Under the pieces are notes generated by a model. It had not been told where the DNA came from and made no database searches. It worked only from the letters and a program-made list of their open reading frames with translations. A DNA stretch of 32,000 bases from Candidatus Heimdallarchaeota archaeon (GTDB lineage: Archaea; Asgardarchaeota; Heimdallarchaeia; JABLTI01). The stretch is from assembly GCA_030614005.1 (NCBI GenBank), contig JAUWKS010000027.1, forward strand, positions 1 to 32,000, in the 5' to 3' direction. The position numbers and the translations under genes are program-made. Below are positions 26,098 through 32,000 of this stretch, piece after piece; position 1 is the stretch's first letter; every line of letters starts with the position of its first letter.

Positions 26098-27281
26098 TAA
26101 TTCTTCAGGAATTTTAGGGGGAGGTGGACGACTATATCGCTCTCTCTTGAGCGACTATCCCTTGAAGATCTTCTATCGTATCCATCTCGTTGGTAAGGTC
26201 TTCTACCTCTAGTATCTCTAGAGTCTCTTGATTGATATCTTGGAGATGATGATCTTCTTGAATCCCTTGGTTGATAGGTTTGCTTTCTAGCGTCAGCGGC
26301 TACTGGAGCTGGTGTTCTCCTTTTCTCTTGAACAGCTTCTGTTGCGACTTTTGGAGGCATTGGCTTTCCTTTTGTTTTAGTTCCTCCTCTCGCTTGTTTT
26401 CTTTTAATTGCTTTTGCAAGTAATTCGTCAGCATGAATTTCAGTTATGAAACCTGCTTTTTCAATTGGAACTTTATTACTTAAATGTTCAACAATTTCTT
26501 TTGGTTTTAGATCTTCAACTTCGATACCAACAGGTGCACGAGCGACATAATCAACTTCACTATACATTAGAAGTTCTTTTAGTATCAAATCTCCACCACG
26601 GTCTCCATCTAGAAACGCTATTGTTGTTTTTTTCTTGGTAAGATCGCTAACAGCTCTTGGAACAGATGCTCCTTGGACTGCCACAGTATTTCTCACTCCT
26701 GCTCGTAAGCAAGCAGCAATATCTGCTCTACCCTCAACAATAATAATTGTGTCTGAACTGTTTAATTCTGGTCCAGCAGGTAGAGGTCCATAATTGGTAA
26801 TACCACCAACTCGGGCTGCTTTAATCACTTCATCGTGAATTTCGCTTGAATCTTGAGAAGATTCTGTTTCCCATTTCTTAAGAAGATCAGAAGCACGTGA
26901 GATGATTTTCTTTCGCTTTTCTTCGCGCACATCTTCGATTTTCTTTATGCTAATTCTGGCATTGCAAGGGCCAATTCTATCAACAGTTTCAATAGCTGCT
27001 GCTAAAATTGATGTTTCGACCTTATCAAGACTTGATGGAACAGAGAGACTTCCTTTGGTCTTTCCTCCACGTATGACAAGGCTTACTTGAATTCTACCAA
27101 CTCTTCCACCTTTTTGCAATTCTCGCAAATCAAGATCGTCTGAGAGCAGACCTTCTGTTTGGCCAAATAAAGCTCCAACGACATCAGGTTTTTCAACGAT
27201 GCCTTCAATATTGAAATCAGCATGAATCATATATTTTGTTGTTGTTGATTCCTCATAATTATGATTTTTAGTATATGGCAT
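26097..27281 (-). CDS. dnaG: Archaeal DnaG (TOPRIM, exosome-associated), N-terminal part, apparently frameshifted
   Basis: KYMIHA...GIVEKPDVVGALFGQTEGLL, TVDRIGPC, IIVEGRAD and DGDRGG motifs; GGAGGT Shine-Dalgarno at 27291-27296 on the minus strand. Confidence 0.95.
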   Translation of the reverse strand: MPYTKNHNYEESTTTKYMIHADFNIEGIVEKPDVVGALFGQTEGLLSDDLDLRELQKGGRVGRIQVSLVIRGGKTKGSLSVPSSLDKVETSILAAAIETVDRIGPCNARISIKKIEDVREEKRKKIISRASDLLKKWETESSQDSSEIHDEVIKAARVGGITNYGPLPAGPELNSSDTIIIVEGRADIAACLRAGVRNTVAVQGASVPRAVSDLTKKKTTIAFLDGDRGGDLILKELLMYSEVDYVARAPVGIEVEDLKPKEIVEHLSNKVPIEKAGFITEIHADELLAKAIKRKQARGGTKTKGKPMPPKVATEAVQEKRRTPAPVAADARKQTYQPRDSRRSSSPRYQSRDSRDTRGRRPYQRDGYDRRSSRDSRSRESDIVVHLPLKFLKN

Positions 27282-27300
27282 TTATTTTATACCTCCAATA

Positions 27301-27314
27301 TTAACCTAGGTTAA
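27301..27314. promoter_or_regulatory. Perfect 14-bp palindrome upstream of dnaG (candidate operator)
   Basis: TTAACCTAGGTTAA, 20 bp upstream of the dnaG ATG. Confidence 0.35.
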
Positions 27315-27978
27315 ATTGTATAAATGACCCATTTGTTGAAAAAATCGCTTCGGAGAGAACCTTTTATCCACCACTCATAGGTGCATACGAAATAATAGGT
27401 CTTTTTTTACCTATTCTATTTATCTCAAATTTCTCCGGATCAAAAAGAAAACGAATAGTCATCAATTGTTGATATTCTTAGAAAATTACCTTATGCAATT
27501 TTCCTCATATCTTTGAGCAATAGTAATAATTTCTTAACTTTCAATAAACTCCATTTTAGAGTAGAACTGTTGTTGTTCCAATTAGTATTCAGTCGAAATT
27601 ATTGTGATAGTATTGCGCTAATCTTTACTGATTATTTTATCTAAATTATTTCTCAACCACTTTTGTGGGAGTTGGTAATCGTGATTTGATGATTAGGCTC
27701 TGATTATTAGTTGTTTTTTTATTGGAGCCTTGTAATATTCTTAATTGTTCTTTTTGATCAATATATTCGATTTTATTAATCAAATGTCATTTGTTTGTTA
27801 AGTCAAATGTGCCTAAGAGGTTTTTAAACCTTTGTCTGTTGCTGAAAGTCAGCACAAATTAAAACGGTTTGAGAGTTACAAAAAAAATTTCAAACACATT
27901 TTTCTCTCGATAAAAGGTAACTCTTTTATTATTAGAACATACATTTCACTATAGGATAAAGTAATTTATTTCCGCTCG

Positions 27979-30066
27979 ATGATGCTGGAGGAAAAAAAGA
28001 CTTTGATTTCAAGAAAGAAAAAAATGACATTTTTAACTTTATTATTGATTCTTTTAGCTGGGAATATTTCTACCTTTATATTTTCTGCGGAAAATACGAT
28101 AGCAAAAGCACCACTTGGTGGAAGTGGTGGATTAGATACTCAGGGATACTATTACTCTCATTGGAATGAAACCATTACCGTTGGAATGGATGGTTCGTTA
28201 TTAATAGTTGAGGAGATGACTTTTAGATTAGATCCTGGTTCGTATGGATTTGCTTATAGAAATCTAAATTGGAAACTTTTTGATGACGTAAATAGTTGGA
28301 GTATTGAATCTGGGAATAATACACCAAGTATTACTTATTATAAGATGGAAAAAGAAGCCGATGAAATTCAGTTCTACTGGGAGTTTTCAAGAGACTATTA
28401 TTCATCACCTACTGAATTGACCTTTATTTTGACCTACAATGTATCATCCGCAATGGACTTGCGAGGAGAACGGGATAGAGTATATTGGAATGTTATTGGA
28501 GCAGAATTTGAAGTACCAATTTATGACATTACTACTCGTGTTATTTTCCCACAAGAATATGCATTAGCTGATGTTCGATCAACATCATATTATCAAGGAA
28601 AAGAGCAAGGGGATGATACTGGGACAAAATTAAACGTTGATGGAAAAACCCAAGTGACTTTTCACCAAAGCTCTGTTAATATTGGCGAATCATATACTAT
28701 TGATGCAGATACGCCACCTGCAGGGATAATTATGCCTTTTAGTTGGAGAGTATATCTAAATACAAATTGGTATTTATGTATAGCATTTGGGTTTGTACCT
28801 GTAATGCTCTTCTTTGGAGTGCTCTTTATTTTCAAAGGGCTTGATCCAAAAGTAAAAAACATTCCAACACTGAATGAAGTTACATTCAAAAAATGTGTTC
28901 AATGTGGATATAAAGACGCTCGGAAAATTAAATTTTGTCCAATGTGTGGCGATGACGTTAAAATAGTAAATGAAATTGGTCCACCAAATAATCTAACACC
29001 TGCTGAAGTAGGAACGCTATTGGATGAGAAATTTGATAAAATTGATTTCGTTGCTGAATTCTTTTATCTAGCCGAAAAAGGATATTTGAAGATTATACAA
29101 ACAGATGAGTCAAGCGAAATTTATTTCCAAAGAACAGAAAAAGATGCTTATTATGGCGAGTTATCAAAATTCGATAAAGGTCTACTAAATTTCATAGAAG
29201 TTTATTCATATGATACACTCTGGTTCAAAGATAAAAGTGAAAAGACAGAGGAAATTCCAGTAGAAGTTATATCGTTATCCGTCATTAAGACAAAGGCGGT
29301 AACGCTCTGGAAAAATAAAAAAGATGTCTACAATAAATTAGCCGGAGGCGATAACCCTTACTTTACACAAAACCCTGAGAAAATTAGAGGTAAGTATTCT
29401 GGGTATGCAATAATTGTTGGTATACTTGGATCATTGGGTTTCTTTATACTCTCCACATTCTTACTCATCAATGGATTAATTTGGGGTGTTGCAGGAGTAA
29501 TTGCGGCATCTTTCATAGGTTTTCTTATATCATATAAAATGCCCAAATTAACCAAAGAGGGCGCTAAAATTAAAGCAAGTTGGCAAAGCTATTTGCAATT
29601 AATACGTGGTCAAATGCTAGGATTCCCTGACCCATATGAACAATTTAGCTTTTCAATGGATCACTTCTCGTATCTCTTAATCGACCCCAAATTCGATTTA
29701 CCACATCATCTTAAGCATATTGCGAAGAAAATTCCTAATAACCCTCCCCCTGCTAACTATCATTATACCGCACCATATTGGTATTATTATCCTAGAATAT
29801 ATTTACCCACTCGACCAGGAATGACTCATAGAACAATAACAGGGTTCGACAGTCTCGGTAGAGGGTTTGAATCAATGGTTACTGGAATAAGCAATTTAGC
29901 AGAAAGTCTACCAACAGCAATATCTAACATGGCTGAAGGCTTAACTGGAGCAATTTCTTCAATGAGTGAAGGATTTACCCCACCATCTTCAAGTGGTGGT
30001 AGTAGTGGTTTCAGTGGAGGCTTTAGTGGTGGAGGAGGCGGTGGTGGTGGTGGAGGAATCGGTTAA
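27979..30066 (+). CDS. DUF2207-like membrane protein with an inserted zinc ribbon and a Gly-rich C-terminus
   Basis: N-terminal hydrophobic segment; ITVGMDGSLLIVEEMTF, YWNVIG and LTPAEVGTLLDEK patterns; LTKEG; terminal SGGFSGGGGGGGGGGIG; CVQCG...CPMCG insert. Confidence 0.85.
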   Translation: MMLEEKKTLISRKKKMTFLTLLLILLAGNISTFIFSAENTIAKAPLGGSGGLDTQGYYYSHWNETITVGMDGSLLIVEEMTFRLDPGSYGFAYRNLNWKLFDDVNSWSIESGNNTPSITYYKMEKEADEIQFYWEFSRDYYSSPTELTFILTYNVSSAMDLRGERDRVYWNVIGAEFEVPIYDITTRVIFPQEYALADVRSTSYYQGKEQGDDTGTKLNVDGKTQVTFHQSSVNIGESYTIDADTPPAGIIMPFSWRVYLNTNWYLCIAFGFVPVMLFFGVLFIFKGLDPKVKNIPTLNEVTFKKCVQCGYKDARKIKFCPMCGDDVKIVNEIGPPNNLTPAEVGTLLDEKFDKIDFVAEFFYLAEKGYLKIIQTDESSEIYFQRTEKDAYYGELSKFDKGLLNFIEVYSYDTLWFKDKSEKTEEIPVEVISLSVIKTKAVTLWKNKKDVYNKLAGGDNPYFTQNPEKIRGKYSGYAIIVGILGSLGFFILSTFLLINGLIWGVAGVIAASFIGFLISYKMPKLTKEGAKIKASWQSYLQLIRGQMLGFPDPYEQFSFSMDHFSYLLIDPKFDLPHHLKHIAKKIPNNPPPANYHYTAPYWYYYPRIYLPTRPGMTHRTITGFDSLGRGFESMVTGISNLAESLPTAISNMAEGLTGAISSMSEGFTPPSSSGGSSGFSGGFSGGGGGGGGGGIG

Positions 30067-30099
30067 CTCCATCAAAATCTGATTAAAATATAGATGCTT

Positions 30100-30128
30100 T
30101 TGGGTGAAAACCCAATTTTTTTCTTTTC
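30100..30128 (+). terminator. GNRA-loop hairpin plus T tract
   Basis: TTGGGT-GAAA-ACCCAA followed by TTTTTTTCTTTTC. Confidence 0.55.
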
Positions 30129-30170
30129 TAATTCCAATTAAAATTATTATATGAAAGAGAGACCGGTAAT

Positions 30171-30890
30171 TTACTCTTCTATCTCTTCCTTATCTTGGCT
30201 TTTCATTTTTGCTTTCTTCTTTGGTTTTTCTTTTTTACTGATTTCTTGCTCTTCTTCTTTTTCTTCTTCTATTTCCATTTCTTTATCATCTGTTTTCTCA
30301 TTTTTATATTTCAAAAGTTGAGTAGCAATCATTTTATCAAGAGCTTCAGTTTCTATCTCTTCACTATCAATAACAACAGTATTCAAATTTTCATCTGCAA
30401 AAGTTTGAACAATAGGACTTTTGTTCATAAGAATCATTCCTATTCCACCAAAAAGCTGCATGTCAACGAAAGAAAAGATGAATCTCTTGAAACTAATTAA
30501 AAGATCATCATTAGTTAAAAAGCGGAGCTCACCTTTCTGCATATCTGCAATTAACATTAAACGAATTCCCAAAGCTTTTTTACCAATTGTCAAGCCATTT
30601 GTTTTAATAGGCCAATAAATAAAATATGCCGCAGAAGCTAACCCTGCTACAACTCCCATAAGAGGCCAGAAAATATAGAGTAAAATCTCCAATGCAAGCT
30701 TAGCAGTTAAGACGAAACTCAAATGGAACGCAAAAGGTAAAGCTAAACAAACGAAGAAGATTAGATCAACGATTAAAAAATCAATAATTGTAGCTAATAT
30801 TCTATTGGAAATAGTTGATAGTGGTTCCTTAATAGTGGTTGTTTTTTTCTCCTCGCTCAAATTGAACTCTCCAAACAATGTTTGATTCAA
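30171..30890 (-). CDS. RDD-family membrane protein with a charged C-terminal tail
   Basis: RILATIID, G.TIGKK..GIRL, D motifs; E/K-rich tail. Confidence 0.88.
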   Translation of the reverse strand: MNQTLFGEFNLSEEKKTTTIKEPLSTISNRILATIIDFLIVDLIFFVCLALPFAFHLSFVLTAKLALEILLYIFWPLMGVVAGLASAAYFIYWPIKTNGLTIGKKALGIRLMLIADMQKGELRFLTNDDLLISFKRFIFSFVDMQLFGGIGMILMNKSPIVQTFADENLNTVVIDSEEIETEALDKMIATQLLKYKNEKTDDKEMEIEEEKEEEQEISKKEKPKKKAKMKSQDKEEIEE

Positions 30891-30967
30891 TATTATAAAA
30901 TGAATGCTATTTTAAAACAATTTTCTAAGGTAAAAAAAAAGAAAAAATAAAGGAACTAGTAAAGATT

Positions 30968-31489
30968 TTACTCAGTCCTTGGTTTAATTAGTGGTACTAA
31001 ATTTTCGTCAACTTGAACGACAATAGTTTTGCCTAATTGATCAGCAAATCTTTGGCTGTTATTGTTATTGGTAATAAAGTACCATGCAAGCAATCCGAAA
31101 CCAATTCCGGCTTCAATCCAACCAATAAGGACACGTACTAATACTTTAGTCATATCTCCTTCAGCAATTGGTCTAAGTGTCCATTTAGCTTCGTCCTCAA
31201 TTAACATAAGCTTGATCTTTTGCATCTTTTTACCGATTGTTTGACCATCATTTTTGTAGGGCATCCAAACGAAGATGTAAAACATAGCTGCCAGGCCAAG
31301 AGCATAGACGGCTAACGATAGTAACCAACCTAACCAACTAATAATACTGGCAAGAATAATATAAAGAATAAATCCAACAAGATATATGCCGAAAACTATT
31401 CCATAATCAACTAAAGCAGCAAAAGCTCGCTCTTTAAAAGTAGCTAGAGCAACTTTGACATCTGGTTTTTCAGTTTTTTTCTCACTCAT
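30968..31489 (-). CDS. RDD-family membrane protein
   Basis: RAFAALVD, GQTIGKK, QRFADQLGKTIVV motifs. Confidence 0.9.
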   Translation of the reverse strand: MSEKKTEKPDVKVALATFKERAFAALVDYGIVFGIYLVGFILYIILASIISWLGWLLSLAVYALGLAAMFYIFVWMPYKNDGQTIGKKMQKIKLMLIEDEAKWTLRPIAEGDMTKVLVRVLIGWIEAGIGFGLLAWYFITNNNNSQRFADQLGKTIVVQVDENLVPLIKPRTE

Positions 31490-31691
31490 AATAGACTAAC
31501 TCCTATTAATAAAAGGATAATAGCACGCTCAATTCAGACGAACTACTATAAAAATAATTTCAGAAAGAATTGATAATAGTAAAGAAAAACCACCAGTCAA
31601 ATGATAAGAAGAACCTTTAAATGCGACAAAAAGGTAAGAGTATAGAATTTTTCAACCAAAATAGGACTCAAAATTATAACGGTGAAAATTT

Positions 31692-32000
31692 ATGGCAGAT
31701 AAAGACATTTATGCTTACGCTCAGTTAGCGAAAAAAACAGGAGATGAGATTATCGATCCGACTTCAATTGAAGCAAAGAGAACAGGAAAGTTCAATGTTT
31801 TCCTTTGGTTTTCATACGATGCTGCAGATACCTACTTCTCACAATTAATAATTAGCCTTGCTTTTACACCACTAGCTCTTCTGCTAGGTATTCAAATGGG
31901 ATGGTCATATACCTTCACATTTGTGATCGTTTCACTCTTTATGGCACTTTCAAACTTGTTAATAGCTGCTCTTGGACCAATTATGGGTTCAATATCAGAT
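31692..32000 (+). CDS. MFS transporter, UMF1/Atg22-like, N-terminal part (runs off the window end)
   Basis: My translation from ATG 31692: MADKDIY...WFSYDAADTYFSQLIISLAF...SNLLIAALGPIMGSISD. GGTGA Shine-Dalgarno-like sequence at 31681-31685. Confidence 0.8.
   Translation, partial: MADKDIYAYAQLAKKTGDEIIDPTSIEAKRTGKFNVFLWFSYDAADTYFSQLIISLAFTPLALLLGIQMGWSYTFTFVIVSLFMALSNLLIAALGPIMGSISD

Noticed and set aside
27420-27790. Pseudogene remnant on the minus strand of the long intergenic gap
   Set aside because: One 44-codon open stretch and some protein-like fragments exist, but stops are about as frequent as expected in AT-rich DNA and I recognise no family.
401-31244. Remaining short ORFs in the track that overlap longer genes (e.g. 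401-634, 1385-1636, 8223-8615, 19554-19838, 26006-26212, 30195-30500)
   Set aside because: They lie antisense to, or out of frame within, well-supported genes and show no recognisable motifs.
1-32000. CRISPR array, tRNA, rRNA, transposase or integrase genes
   Set aside because: No spaced direct repeats, cloverleaf structures, rRNA-like tracts or transposase/recombinase motifs were seen by eye.

Overview
AT-rich archaeal chromosomal window, most likely from an Asgard archaeon. The archaeal assignment rests on aIF-5A, archaeal DnaG and a LonB-type ATPase; the Asgard assignment is an inference from a longin-domain protein and tandem PCI-like winged helices. Housekeeping and metabolic content: a complete group 3b [NiFe]-hydrogenase operon (beta-gamma-delta-alpha), aIF-5A, an M20 hydrolase, a SufS-type cysteine desulfurase, DnaG, a DUF2207-like protein, two RDD proteins and the start of an MFS transporter. 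The most unusual items are: (1) a receptor-like single-pass protein (3 extracellular PPC-like repeats, TM, coiled coil, 3-4 winged helices, degenerate HEPN-like C-terminus); (2) a longin domain fused to a 4-TM domain, convergent with a 5-TM protein that has a very acidic N-terminus; (3) a 287-bp element with a GC-rich structured core, bounded by a perfect 18-bp inverted repeat; (4) dnaG broken by a frameshift at an (AG)4 tract just after an RS/RD-rich linker; (5) an M48 protease fused to Sm/SH3-like barrels; (6) a Lon-type ATPase with no protease domain and no TM insert. All domain calls come from reading motifs by eye; no database searches were run.
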